From: Nitrospirota bacterium
Lineage (GTDB): Bacteria > Nitrospirota > UBA9217
NCBI GenBank assembly: GCA_963740085.1
Contig: CAVUCU010000001.1
Location: 1,024,001 to 1,088,000, forward strand
Reading direction: 5' to 3'
DNA length: 64,000 nucleotides
Position 1 is the stretch's first letter. Every line of letters starts with the position of its first letter. The translations under genes were made by a program, and so were the position numbers. The notes below the pieces were generated by a model, which saw only the letters and a list, made by a program, of their open reading frames with translations, did no database searches and was not told the origin of the DNA. This document shows positions 21,696 to 31,949 of this stretch, one piece after another.

Positions 21696-22517
21696 TCAAG
21701 ACAATTCGCTTTTGCCCTGACCGTGCGTATGCATTATTTTTTCAAGCATGCGGACAAGTCCTGTTGCCAGCGTAAAGAGCGATTCAACGGGAAGGTTCTT
21801 TTCAGCCGAAGCATCGAAGAACAGGTGAAGTCTGGATTCAAGATCGTCTTCGGGCTTCCAGTAGCAGACAAGGATCGGTACTTTGGGAAGAGGATATAAA
21901 ACCACGGAGATATCCGAGGAAAAATCATTGAAAGACGACACGCCGCTGAACATGCTTATCAGATCTTCGAAAAGCTCTCCATGGAAATCTGCGATCTGTT
22001 TCATCGGCTGTTCGCACCGTCGTTCAAAAAGGGGAGCCCACCTTCCTCCCAGGCGCAATTCCCTGAACGGCACCCATATTCCGGATGGTGTTTCCCCCTC
22101 GCTGAAGAGAACATAGCTGAGGAGCGGAATAGAGAACCAGGCGTGCGTATGGCACTGCGACATCACCGTACCCCGCGCATCAATTTCAAAGTCCTTGCCG
22201 AGACACTTCACGACCAGCGTTTCACCATTGTACCGGACACCCAACAGCTCCGCCCGCGAAGAAAGATCGATCGCCGAGATCTTCTTTTGAAGGTCTTTCA
22301 GCGATTCTTCCTGAATGCTCTCGATATTGACCTGCCGCTCCACTGTCCCGCCAAAGCGGGCAACAACGGTCCTGTCCAGGTGAGGACAATCAGCGAGTCG
22401 TTGCTCCTGTTTTACGACCGCGACGGCAAACGCCATGCAGGTCCGGAGCCGGCATTCGCCGCAATTAGATTGAGGCAACAGCTTATATACTTGCAGAGGC
22501 GTTTTGATTGTGGACAT
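21696..22517 (-). CDS. Fe-S cluster domain + DUF3786-like protein
   Basis: 'LPQSNCGECRLRTCMAFA...CP' N-terminal Fe-S domain; 'PLPKVP..V.YW..EDD' C-terminal domain. Confidence 0.8.
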   Translation of the reverse strand: MSTIKTPLQVYKLLPQSNCGECRLRTCMAFAVAVVKQEQRLADCPHLDRTVVARFGGTVERQVNIESIQEESLKDLQKKISAIDLSSRAELLGVRYNGETLVVKCLGKDFEIDARGTVMSQCHTHAWFSIPLLSYVLFSEGETPSGIWVPFRELRLGGRWAPLFERRCEQPMKQIADFHGELFEDLISMFSGVSSFNDFSSDISVVLYPLPKVPILVCYWKPEDDLESRLHLFFDASAEKNLPVESLFTLATGLVRMLEKIMHTHGQGKSELS

Positions 22518-22637
22518 TGAACAACGCACCTTCGGGTTCAGATCTTATGGTGAAAAAAGAGTGCAAAGAGAACATGGTCAGGTACGGCACCGCAACAGAA
22601 CAGTATGCCGAAAAAAAGATATGGATGTTTCCAGGCG

Positions 22638-24533
22638 TTACCCCCTCAGCGCCTCCAGCTCATCCCACCGCTTGTACACCCGGGCAAGTTCCTGCTCCAG
22701 CGCTTCCAGCCGCGCCTTGCCGGCCGAAACCTTGTCGCCGCTGGTGCGATAAAAGGCAGGGTCAGCCATGGCCGCGATGATCTGCTGATGCTCGGCATCG
22801 AGCGCTTCGATACGTTGCGGCAATGTCTCAAGCTCTTTTTGTTCTTTAAAGCTCAGTTTTCGCGGCTTCTCTTTTTGAGAAACAGGCACGATCCTTTTTT
22901 CGTCCGTCCTGGCCGGCATCGCGGGCACTTCACTTTTCCTCTGCCGTTGACGAAGCCAGTCGTCATATCCGCCGACGTATTCATTCACCCTGCCGTCGCC
23001 TTCGAACACAAGCGTGCTGGTGACGACATCGTTGATGAACGCGCGGTCATGGCTTACGAGCAGTACGGTGCCGGGATAGTCCATTAAAAGCTCTTCAAGG
23101 AGGTCGAGGGTCTCGATATCCAGATCGTTCGTGGGCTCATCGAGCACCAGGACATTCGAGGGCCGGGTAAAGAGCTTCGCAAGCAACAGCCGGTTCCGTT
23201 CGCCGCCGGACAGGACCTTCACGGGGCTGCGTGCACGGGCGGGCGGGAACAAAAAATCCTGCAGGTAACCGATGACATGCCGCCGGATACCGTTGATGGT
23301 CACGTGGTCGCTGCCATTCGCAACATTGTCCTGCACGGTCTTTGCATCATCGAGTTGTTCGCGGTGCTGGTCGAGGTATGCCACTTCAATATTCGTACCG
23401 TGTTTTACCCTGCCCGACCGGGGCTTCAGATCCCCCAGCAGTATCTTGAGCAGCGTGGTTTTTCCTGAGCCGTTCGGCCCGATGATTCCGATCTTGTCTC
23501 CCCGGATGATGGTCGTGGACAGATCACGGATGACTACCGTGTCGTTGTAGCTGTGGGTGACCCCGGCTGCCTCGATCACCAGCTTGCCCGTGCGCTCCGC
23601 CTCCTGCATCTGCATGCGCGCCGCGCCGATCACCTCACGCCGCTCGCTCCTGGTCCGGCGCAGCTCCTTGAGAGCACGCACGCGGCCTTCATTGCGCGTC
23701 CTGCGCGCCTTTACGCCCTGGCGGATCCAGACCTCTTCCGCGGCCAGCTTTTTGTCGAACTTCGCATTCTCCACAGCCTCTCCGTCCAGCGCCGCCTGTT
23801 TCAGCTCAAGATAGGCCTGGTAATTGCCGGGCCAGCTGGTAAGCCTGCCGCGGTCAAGATCGACTATTCTTGTTGCGAGCTTCTGGAGCAGCATGCGGTC
23901 GTGGGTCACGAAGAGCAAGGCCCCTCCGAAGGAGAGCAAGAACTCTTCGAGCCAGGCAATGGCATCGATATCCAGGTGGTTCGTGGGCTCGTCGAGGAGC
24001 AGAAGGTCCGGCGCGCCCGCCAGCGCCTTTGCAAGCAGGACGCGCCGCTTGAGACCGCCCGAGAGTTCCGAGAACTCGGCATCCTCGGGAAGCTTAAGCC
24101 GCGTGAGGATGGTTTCGACACGCTGCTGCATTTGCCACCCACCGGCCGATTCGAACCTATGCTGCACATCCTCGAGCTCCGCCATCAATTTTTCGCTGTG
24201 ATCGTGTGCCAGTTTGGCGCTCACGTGATGATATGCGGCAAGCAACTTCCCCTGCTCTCCAAAGGCGCTCGATACCACATCGAACACGCTGCCAAAAAGG
24301 GACTGGGGCACCTCCTGCGTCAGGAGCGTGATCTTCACTCCCTGCTGGAACACGACCTTGCCGCCGTCAGGCGCCAAGTCCCCGGCAATGAGCTTCAAGA
24401 TCGTGGATTTGCCCGTGCCGTTCCGTCCGACCAGGCAGACCCGCTCTCCGCGGTCGATCGAGAGATCGGCTCCATCGATCAGCAGCGGCCCGCCGAAACT
24501 GACCTTGATGTCCTGTAAACTTACCAATGCCAT
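22638..24533 (-). CDS. uup: ABC-F family ATPase Uup
   Basis: Two ABC cassettes; 'EEVWIRQGVKARRTRNEGRVRAL'; C-terminal coiled coil 'KLSFKEQKELE.LP'. Confidence 0.93.
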   Translation of the reverse strand: MALVSLQDIKVSFGGPLLIDGADLSIDRGERVCLVGRNGTGKSTILKLIAGDLAPDGGKVVFQQGVKITLLTQEVPQSLFGSVFDVVSSAFGEQGKLLAAYHHVSAKLAHDHSEKLMAELEDVQHRFESAGGWQMQQRVETILTRLKLPEDAEFSELSGGLKRRVLLAKALAGAPDLLLLDEPTNHLDIDAIAWLEEFLLSFGGALLFVTHDRMLLQKLATRIVDLDRGRLTSWPGNYQAYLELKQAALDGEAVENAKFDKKLAAEEVWIRQGVKARRTRNEGRVRALKELRRTRSERREVIGAARMQMQEAERTGKLVIEAAGVTHSYNDTVVIRDLSTTIIRGDKIGIIGPNGSGKTTLLKILLGDLKPRSGRVKHGTNIEVAYLDQHREQLDDAKTVQDNVANGSDHVTINGIRRHVIGYLQDFLFPPARARSPVKVLSGGERNRLLLAKLFTRPSNVLVLDEPTNDLDIETLDLLEELLMDYPGTVLLVSHDRAFINDVVTSTLVFEGDGRVNEYVGGYDDWLRQRQRKSEVPAMPARTDEKRIVPVSQKEKPRKLSFKEQKELETLPQRIEALDAEHQQIIAAMADPAFYRTSGDKVSAGKARLEALEQELARVYKRWDELEALRG

Positions 24534-24753
24534 GCAATACCCCGTTCTTTATCGCCGTGTTGCGCCCGCACAATGTACTCCCGGGCGTGTTGAATTGCAA
24601 CCGAAAATAGGACCCTCTTTGACACGTCCAGCCGCGGGAAAGAATGCGAATGAGGTGATAAGGAGTTTGCTAAAGACACCCGTTGTGATAATATAATCGA
24701 GGCGCTTGACGCGCCGTGTTTCGCCAGGTCAGTCAACGGAAGGTGAGTTTGTC

Positions 24754-24953
24754 ATGAAGGAGCAGCAGATCATAGACGGTCACAAGCAATATGCCTGTGC
24801 AAGGGCGTAAAAAAAAGTGTTTTCCTCAGGCATATCAAAGCCGGCTTAACGACCATAGAAGAATTAAAAAAGGCCACTGGGGCCAGTTCCGGTTCCTGCA
24901 AAGGAAAGCGATGTGCGCCGCGCATTGTCGAAATAATCAAATCCAGTGAATAG
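24754..24953 (+). CDS. BFD-like [2Fe-2S] protein with 1-nt deletion near 24785 (absent from ORF track)
   Basis: MKEQQIIDGH then shifted frame AICLCKGVKKSVFLRHIKAGLTTIEELKKATGASSGSCKGKRCAPRIVEIIKSSE*; CxC...CxGxxC BFD signature. Confidence 0.8.
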
Positions 24954-24976
24954 TACCGAGTACAAAGAATAACGCA

Positions 24977-25663
24977 TCAATCCCGCGAAGCCTGTTTTCG
25001 TCCCACATACACCACATGCCGCAACCCGCCCCTTCCCGGCCGCTGTCGATCAACGGTAAATCCAGCGGCAGCCAGACGCATCTCGAACCCTGCATCAGGA
25101 TTCTCTCCCCAGACGGCGAAAACACCGCCTGCGTAAAGTGCGGCGGCTGTCGTCTTGAGCGCACGGCTCCCGTAGAACGGATCGAGCAGGGCGTCGCTGG
25201 ATGCGCCAGGGCCTTCGTAAAGGTCTATGATGATGGCGTCGAATTTTTCTGCGCCGGGCTGAGCAGCCAGCGCGATCATTGCCGCGACATCGTCGATCAC
25301 AATGGTAACCCGCGGATCATCTACAGCACTCTTTGTTATCCCGGCAAGAGGACCTCGGCACCAGGTGACCATAGTCGAATTAAGGTCCGCTACCACGACC
25401 TGCGCAGCAACAGGCAACGCATCGATAGCTGCCCGCAGGGTGAGCCCCATGCCCAGGCCGCCGATCAGTACCCGCGGGGCACTGAGTCCTGCAACCAATT
25501 TGCAAGCACGCTCTCCGAGCACGATCTCAGAACGGTTTGAGCTGCTGTTCATCAGCACACGGTTATTGATGAGGATCAGAAAATCCCGTTCGCCCCGCTT
25601 ACGCAGTTCGAGGACCCCTTCTGGGGTATCAACCTTGTCCAATGTCTGCCACGGCTTGGCCAT
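24977..25663 (-). CDS. Spermidine synthase-like SAM-binding protein
   Basis: 'VLMNS', 'VLIGGLGMGLTL', 'FDAIIIDLYEGP'. Confidence 0.82.
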   Translation of the reverse strand: MAKPWQTLDKVDTPEGVLELRKRGERDFLILINNRVLMNSSSNRSEIVLGERACKLVAGLSAPRVLIGGLGMGLTLRAAIDALPVAAQVVVADLNSTMVTWCRGPLAGITKSAVDDPRVTIVIDDVAAMIALAAQPGAEKFDAIIIDLYEGPGASSDALLDPFYGSRALKTTAAALYAGGVFAVWGENPDAGFEMRLAAAGFTVDRQRPGRGGLRHVVYVGRKQASRD

Positions 25664-25763
25664 GATGTGCCTCTCGGTGAATGCCAAATGTCAAAGCTCA
25701 AAGTTCAAATCAAACTGCAAAATGCAATGTACTATTTAATATTCTGTCACTAATGATTAATAC

Positions 25764-25909
25764 TCCCCCTCCCTGCGACGGGCGAGGATCAACGGAAGGG
25801 TGATGCGTCCGACATTCCTACACTTCACCCTCACCTAACCTCTCCCGTCAAGGGAGAGGAATAATGAAAAAAACCCTCGCCCCTCCGGGGAGAGGGCCAG
25901 GGTGAGGGG
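25764..25909. repeat. Cluster of REP-like palindromes (same family as 11794-11877)
   Basis: ccctcacctaacctctcccgtcaagggagagg and ccctcgcccctccggggagagggccagggtgagggg, plus a degenerate upstream unit. Confidence 0.85.
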
Positions 25910-25934
25910 TCATTCTGCATTCAGTGCTCCCTCG

Positions 25935-26357
25935 CTACTCCGAAGAATAAACCGTTTTCCGCATCTGCTTGGTCCTGCCCCGCTGCTTCTTGCTCTCGAT
26001 CCGCCGCTCTTTCGCTGCCAATGTCGGCCTCGTCTTCTTCCTCGGCTTCGGCTTCTCGCTCGCCTTTCGAATGAGCTCCACCAGCCGCGCGACCGCGTCC
26101 TCGCGGTTACGCTCCTGCGTGCGGTGCTGCCGCGCTTCGATGAGCAGGATGCCGTCCTGAGTGATGCGCCTGCCTGCCAGGCGGATGAGCCGCGTGCGCA
26201 CATCGCCGGGAAGGGACGGTGAGTTCCCCACATCGAACCGGAGCTGCACGGCCGTGGACACCTTGTTCACGTTCTGGCCGCCCGGGCCCGAGGCGCGGAC
26301 AAAGTGAAGCAGGATCTCGTTCTCTTCGAGAGCTATGGTTCGGGTAACGGGAATCAT
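25935..26357 (-). CDS. arfB: Alternative ribosome rescue peptidyl-tRNA hydrolase ArfB
   Basis: 'RASGPGGQNVNKV', 'RTQERNR', basic tail 'PRKKTRPT'. Confidence 0.95.
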   Translation of the reverse strand: MIPVTRTIALEENEILLHFVRASGPGGQNVNKVSTAVQLRFDVGNSPSLPGDVRTRLIRLAGRRITQDGILLIEARQHRTQERNREDAVARLVELIRKASEKPKPRKKTRPTLAAKERRIESKKQRGRTKQMRKTVYSSE

Positions 26358-26643
26358 GATAGTACTTTACACCTTAATCGCTCCTGGCTCAAGCATAACC
26401 GTGTTGATGACGCTCCGCTGCCAGGGGAGTCCCTGCTTCATTCAAGGACGCAGCGTAACTGCCGGTTGACACTCGCCGCTGGGTATGCTTGATGATCGGA
26501 GATGAGCAATCCGTTCGCTTGACAGAAGCGCGTCCTCATGGTACGTTGAGCCGTCGGTATAATTCCCGTGGAGGCTTCCGGGAAACGGTTGTTCGAAACA
26601 ACGTTCCTGCTCTCTATGCTGTCATCTTCATGGCCCTCACACG

Positions 26644-28329
26644 ATGGTAAACCTGCGCACATTCAAGAACGCAACCCCTTTCATTCTCACTGCGCTGACC
26701 GCTCTCGCTGCGTTTCTCGTGCTTTTTGCCTTTCGCTCTGCAGACGATAATCTGCTTTTCAACTGGCAGTGGGTTTTCACCCGAGAGAATATTAGCCGCA
26801 TTGTTCTTTTTCTCATCCTCGGCATGATCGCGGCCTATCTGCTTGCCCGGACAGCGGTCTTCGAGCGCAGCCCTGTCGCATTTCTCTTTCTCTTCTCGTT
26901 CGTGTCGGCAGCGCTCTTATGGACGGAACCGGAGCTGCTCATTGATGCCTCGCGGTATTTTACCCAGGCGAAGCACCTTGAAGTGTACGGGATCGAATAT
27001 TTCGTGCGGGAATGGGGCAGGGGCATCACGGCCTGGACGGATCTGCCCGCGGTCCCTTTTCTGTACGGCCTGGTCTTCACGTTGTTCGGTGAGAACAGAA
27101 TTTTCATTCAGGCGCTCACAACCTTTTTGTTCTCAGGGACCGTTGTCCTGACCTATCTCATCGGAACGACGCTGTGGACCAAAGAACTCGGGTTTTGTGC
27201 GGGAATGCTCCTCCTCGGCATGCCGGTCCTTCTTACCCAGGTACCTCTCATGCTTGTCGATGTTCCGGCGATGTTCTTTCTCACGCTTGCCATCTATACG
27301 TTCATGAAAGCGCTGGACCGCGGCGGGGCCGGAATGATCCTGCTGGCATCGCTCGCGCTGCTTCTTGCGGCCTTCTCCAAGTACTCAATGTGGATGCTGC
27401 TTTCTGTGTTAGGCATCATCCTCGCTGTTTATTGGAGACGGAATCCCGGGCCGGTGTTTCGCCGGTCCTTTGCGGTACTGGCGCTGTCCGTTGCGCTCAT
27501 TGGCATAGCGATAGCGCTGAAATTTGACGTATTCTCCGAACAGATCAGGCTTTTGTTCAGCTATCAAAAACCGGGTTTGCAGCGCTGGGGGGAGAGTTTT
27601 CTGTCTACCTTTTTTTTCCATATCCATCCGTTTATAACACTTGCTGCAATCTCCTCCCTCGTTGCAGCTTTCAAACAACGGGATCTCAGCTACGGGATCA
27701 TATGCTGGCCGATACTGCTCGTCCTTGCATTCGATATCAATCGGAGCCGGTATCTCCTGCCGGTTTTGCCCATGCTTGCCTTGACGGCCTCCTACGCATT
27801 CCAGAAGATTGAAAGGCGGGAGTTGAGAAGGTTTATTGTTTTCGTCATCGTCATCTCCTCGCTGATAACGACCACGTTCGCTTATCTCCCGTTTGCACGA
27901 AGAACGAGCGCGGAAAACATAAAAGATGCCGGTGAGTATCTGAATGCCCTCGGGAGTGAGGCTGTCGAGGTCTTTACCCTGCCTCTCAGAGACCCTGTCG
28001 TCAATCCGTCGGTTGCCGTTCCGATCCTTGATCTCTACACGCAAGCGAGCGTACGGTATCAGTATCCTCTCGGATTGTTCCCGCCGCCGGGCAATATTGA
28101 AACATGGGCCTTGAGATTCACCTGGGAAGTTAACCACCCGCAGTATTACTCGACAACCGGCGCCTCAACAGCGCCCGCAGCGATCGCGATCATATCAGGA
28201 GAGCCGGTCAGCGTCCTCCCTCATGCACTGCAGCAGCGGATCAAGGGATATCGGCTGTCCAGGAGATTTACGGCTTCGTCCGATCCCTTCCGATATAAAA
28301 CGATCGTCGAAATATATACGGAGCAGTGA
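26644..28329 (+). CDS. ArnT/PMT-like (GT-C fold) membrane glycosyltransferase
   Basis: About 12 TM segments; 'IDASRY', 'P..PFLYG', 'LVDVP..FF', 'SKY', 'RYLLP..P'. Confidence 0.78.
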   Translation: MVNLRTFKNATPFILTALTALAAFLVLFAFRSADDNLLFNWQWVFTRENISRIVLFLILGMIAAYLLARTAVFERSPVAFLFLFSFVSAALLWTEPELLIDASRYFTQAKHLEVYGIEYFVREWGRGITAWTDLPAVPFLYGLVFTLFGENRIFIQALTTFLFSGTVVLTYLIGTTLWTKELGFCAGMLLLGMPVLLTQVPLMLVDVPAMFFLTLAIYTFMKALDRGGAGMILLASLALLLAAFSKYSMWMLLSVLGIILAVYWRRNPGPVFRRSFAVLALSVALIGIAIALKFDVFSEQIRLLFSYQKPGLQRWGESFLSTFFFHIHPFITLAAISSLVAAFKQRDLSYGIICWPILLVLAFDINRSRYLLPVLPMLALTASYAFQKIERRELRRFIVFVIVISSLITTTFAYLPFARRTSAENIKDAGEYLNALGSEAVEVFTLPLRDPVVNPSVAVPILDLYTQASVRYQYPLGLFPPPGNIETWALRFTWEVNHPQYYSTTGASTAPAAIAIISGEPVSVLPHALQQRIKGYRLSRRFTASSDPFRYKTIVEIYTEQ

Positions 28330-28587
28330 CACTGGTGATTTTCTCATTATTCTCTCAATTGCCTCTCATGCCCCGCCGAGCAAATAACCTTGACACACGG
28401 AGAACAGTAGTTTAGCATTCTCAAGAGGCACTTCCTGACGCTTCCGACCGGTCACGGGATGGGTCTCTTCCGGATGCGGGCGGCCTGCTCGTTCGCAGTA
28501 ATCATTTTTCGATCAAGCTGGCGTGCTTCACCGCCTTTTATGCACCCAGCAGCACGTCGCAGCGGAAACAGAGAACGGGACTGCCCA

Positions 28588-30000
28588 TTGAGTAACACCA
28601 GCAACGACATCATCATCCTCGGCGGCGGTCTTGCCGGACTCTCCGCAGGCCATGTCCTGACGAATGCGGGATCACGCGTTCGCCTGTTCGAACGCGATCA
28701 TACCGTCGGCGGTCTTTCCAGGACGATCATGAAGGACGGATTCCGCTTCGATCTTGGCGGCCACCGGTTTATCACGACCGACGCGACCATCGATGCGTTC
28801 GTGAGAGAGCTCATGGCGGACGAGCTGGTCACGGTTTCGCGCAGCAGCAAGATATACCTGCGCGGGAATTATTTCGATTATCCGCTCCGGCCGTTGAACG
28901 CAATGTTCGGCATGGGCATTCCGGCGACGGCGAAGATCATCGCCGACTATGGCCTGGAATCGATTAAACGGCTGGTCAAACAGAGGCGGATCGTTTCGCT
29001 CGAGGACTGGGTGGTCAACAATTTCGGCCGAACCATGTTCTCCCTCTATTTTCAGCAGTACAGCGAAAAGATATGGGGCATTGACTGCAGCAGAATCAGC
29101 GCGGAGTGGGTCGCTCAGCGCATCAAGGGACTTTCCCTGGCAAAGGCGATTAAGCACGCTTTCTTCAGGCCGAACGGGAGAGCGCTGCCGACTTTCGCCG
29201 ACAGGTTCCTCTATCCGCGCCTGGGCATCGGGCGCATTGCCGACAGGCTCAGGGAGGACATAGAACGTCGGAATCAGGTGGTTACCGGCGCGAACGTGCT
29301 GAGGATCAACCACTCCGGCCAGACGATAGAGGACATCCTGGTCGAAAACGAGCAGGGCCGGCAGGTCGTCGGGGGGGAAGCATTCGTCTCAAGCATACCG
29401 GTAACCCAGCTGGTCCGGAGACTCCATCCGGCACCGCCTCAGGCTGTTCTGGATGCCGCTTCAACGCTCAGGTTCAGAGACCTCATCGTCGTGGCGATCA
29501 TGCTCGACCGGGAGCGGGTCACCGACCAGACCTGGATATACCTCCCGGACCGGCAGATCCCCTTCGGCAGGATCCATGAACCGACGAATTGGAGCAGAGC
29601 CATGGCTCCCGCAGGCAAGACCCTGCTGGTGATGGAGTTCTTCAGCTTCCGGGGTGATGCGGTCTGGAATGAACGGGATGAGCGCCTCGCGTCCATGGCG
29701 GTCGACAACCTTGAGCAGCTCGGCTTTATTGAAAAACGGGATGTCCTTGACCATGTCGTTGTACGGGTGCCGAACGCCTATCCGCTGTTCGAGGTCGGCT
29801 ACCGGAAACGCTGCGATGTACTCCTTGACTACCTGGGCAGGCTTACCAATCTGCACCTCACGGGCAGAAGCGGCTTGTTCCGGTACTACAACATGGACGT
29901 CGCGATCAAATCGGGGAGAGAAACGGCAGAAAGGATGTTACGCGGGGAACGCGCCGCGAGCGGCGAGAAATCACGAGATCCGATCCTTACGCATACCTGA
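28588..30000 (+). CDS. FAD-dependent oxidoreductase (protoporphyrinogen oxidase/UDP-galactopyranose mutase-like)
   Basis: 'IILGGGLAGL', 'FDLGGHRF', 'AYP', 'GRSGLFRYYNMD'; TTG start inferred. Confidence 0.85.
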   Translation: MSNTSNDIIILGGGLAGLSAGHVLTNAGSRVRLFERDHTVGGLSRTIMKDGFRFDLGGHRFITTDATIDAFVRELMADELVTVSRSSKIYLRGNYFDYPLRPLNAMFGMGIPATAKIIADYGLESIKRLVKQRRIVSLEDWVVNNFGRTMFSLYFQQYSEKIWGIDCSRISAEWVAQRIKGLSLAKAIKHAFFRPNGRALPTFADRFLYPRLGIGRIADRLREDIERRNQVVTGANVLRINHSGQTIEDILVENEQGRQVVGGEAFVSSIPVTQLVRRLHPAPPQAVLDAASTLRFRDLIVVAIMLDRERVTDQTWIYLPDRQIPFGRIHEPTNWSRAMAPAGKTLLVMEFFSFRGDAVWNERDERLASMAVDNLEQLGFIEKRDVLDHVVVRVPNAYPLFEVGYRKRCDVLLDYLGRLTNLHLTGRSGLFRYYNMDVAIKSGRETAERMLRGERAASGEKSRDPILTHT

Positions 30001-30001
30001 T

Positions 30002-31468
30002 ATGAAGTGCGCATTCATCATACCGGCATGGACGCCGGAGAATATCTTTTCCTCAAAGACGGCGAGCTCGCAGATTAACTACTGGCAGCCGGTCGGCACC
30101 CTCCTGGTGGCTGCTGTCCTCCGCCGGGCAGGGCATGAAGTCACTTTTTTGAACGGCGCTTTCATGACCCATGAAGAGATATGCAGGCATGTTGAGATTT
30201 TCAGTCCGGAATTTATCGGTATCTATTCCACGACCTTTGGATGGGTAAAAGCGAAACAGACGGCAGAGGACCTGAAAAGAACGTATGCTCGAAACGCTTT
30301 CCTCTGTGCAGGAGGCCCCTATCCTATTGCAGTGCAGGAACAGTGCCTCCGGGATGCCGGCACCTGCCTCGATGCAATAGTCACCGGCGAAGGGGAATTC
30401 ACCACCCTCGAAATAGTGGAACGGCTGCAAGCCGGCGCAGGCCTTGAAGGGGTTCTTGGCGCCGCATATTGGGAGGACGGAAAGATCATCAAAAACCTGC
30501 CGCGCCCGTTCATCACGGACCTGGATTCCCTCCCGATTCCCGCGAGAGACCTGTTGGGCGATGCAAATCGGTATATCCCTCCTCCCGGTACCTACCGGAA
30601 AAAACCGGTCGCCGTAATAATAACTTCGAGAGGATGCAACAGGCGGTGCATTTATTGCTTTCAGATGGACAAAGAGCGGAAGAGCGGTATCCGCTACCGC
30701 AGCGTCCTGAACGTGCTGGATGAGATAGAACTCTGCATCAGGCAGGGGTATAAGGAGATCAAATTCCTGGACGATACCTTTGCCGCTGATTACAACAGGG
30801 CCATGCAGATAGCACGGGCCATAAGGGAACGAGGGCTCAACTTCACGTGGTTTGCCTCGGCCTGTGTCAACCAGGTGGACAAGCCCTTGCTCAAGGCCTT
30901 CAAGGACGCAGGATGCTGGGCCATTCTTTTCGGCGCGGAGAGCGGGGTCCAGAAAAATCTCAACACCATACGCAAAGGGACGACCCTTGCGCAGATAACA
31001 AGGGCGGTAAGGGATGCACAGGAGGTCGGGCTCCAGGTCAGTACTCCGTTCATGTTCGGCATACCCGGTGAGACCTTTGAAGAGGGTCTTCAGACCATTC
31101 AGTTCGCCGTTGAGCTGGACCCTGACATGGCGAACTTTCACGCGATCACGCCATTTCCGGGCACCGAACTCTACGACAATCTGGATCTCTATGGGACCAT
31201 TTCCGACGATCTCACGGACTTCACGTACCAGGGTGCGGCGTTCATCCCTTTTACCATGACACGCGAGCAGATCTTGCAGCTGCGACAGATCGCGTTTAAA
31301 CGGTTCTACTCCAGGCCTTCATTTATATTCAAAAAACTCCTCCAGGTCAGAAACTGGCATGATTGCCTGGCAGCCGCCAAGAGCGCAAAAAGCTTATTCT
31401 GGCTGTGGAGAAAAAACAATCTCTTTCTGGAAAAGGCTGCTCTGAAAAAAGGGCGCGTCCGCTGCTGA
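30002..31468 (+). CDS. Cobalamin-binding radical SAM protein
   Basis: N-terminal B12-binding domain ('GGPYP', 'GEGE'); 'SRGCNRRCIYC'; 'DDTF'; 'GAESG'; 'PFPGT'. Confidence 0.92.
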   Translation: MKCAFIIPAWTPENIFSSKTASSQINYWQPVGTLLVAAVLRRAGHEVTFLNGAFMTHEEICRHVEIFSPEFIGIYSTTFGWVKAKQTAEDLKRTYARNAFLCAGGPYPIAVQEQCLRDAGTCLDAIVTGEGEFTTLEIVERLQAGAGLEGVLGAAYWEDGKIIKNLPRPFITDLDSLPIPARDLLGDANRYIPPPGTYRKKPVAVIITSRGCNRRCIYCFQMDKERKSGIRYRSVLNVLDEIELCIRQGYKEIKFLDDTFAADYNRAMQIARAIRERGLNFTWFASACVNQVDKPLLKAFKDAGCWAILFGAESGVQKNLNTIRKGTTLAQITRAVRDAQEVGLQVSTPFMFGIPGETFEEGLQTIQFAVELDPDMANFHAITPFPGTELYDNLDLYGTISDDLTDFTYQGAAFIPFTMTREQILQLRQIAFKRFYSRPSFIFKKLLQVRNWHDCLAAAKSAKSLFWLWRKNNLFLEKAALKKGRVRC

Positions 31469-31732
31469 AGGGTCAATGCCTGCTCTTCGCCCCAACGCAT
31501 CGTCTTTCCCCAACGGTGCGGCTCTCCGGGGGATGCGAGTCGTATGGCTTCCGGGGGAGAGGGCCCTGCGTGATGATCAGGTTCATGCCAACCACCTCCG
31601 GAGCATCGCCGGTCTCGACGAACGGGCGCCTGTCATGCTGCCTCAAAGACCTCACCGCTGTTTAACAGGCATCTCTATTTATAACCAGACATCATTGCTA
31701 TCTGCAAGTTTATGCAAAATTATACAATTAGG

Positions 31733-31761
31733 TTGACAAATACGCAATGTAGTTCTAAGCT
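31733..31761 (+). promoter_or_regulatory. sigma70-type promoter of rhodanese-porin operon
   Basis: TTGACA-17nt-TAAGCT in an AT-rich intergenic region. Confidence 0.6.
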
Positions 31762-31949
31762 CATATTAATGATTTAATGAAACCATCGTGTAATCGTAAG
31801 CAGCGAAGCACCTCAATTACTTACTGCATTATATTATTTTACGCGTACCATGGAGATACTGAATCCTTAGTCTTATGAACAGGAGGTGAAGGGGTCGATT
31901 GGGGTGAGTTCTTTTTGTCCAGGCACATTTAATGAAAAGGAGGCCGCGA

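Noticed and set aside
29654-30001. N-terminal extension of the radical SAM ORF
   Set aside because: Overlaps the flavoenzyme gene; ATG30002 right after its stop is the natural start
31473-31736. Short ORFs between the radical SAM gene and the rhodanese promoter
   Set aside because: No SD, motifs or consistent coding pattern
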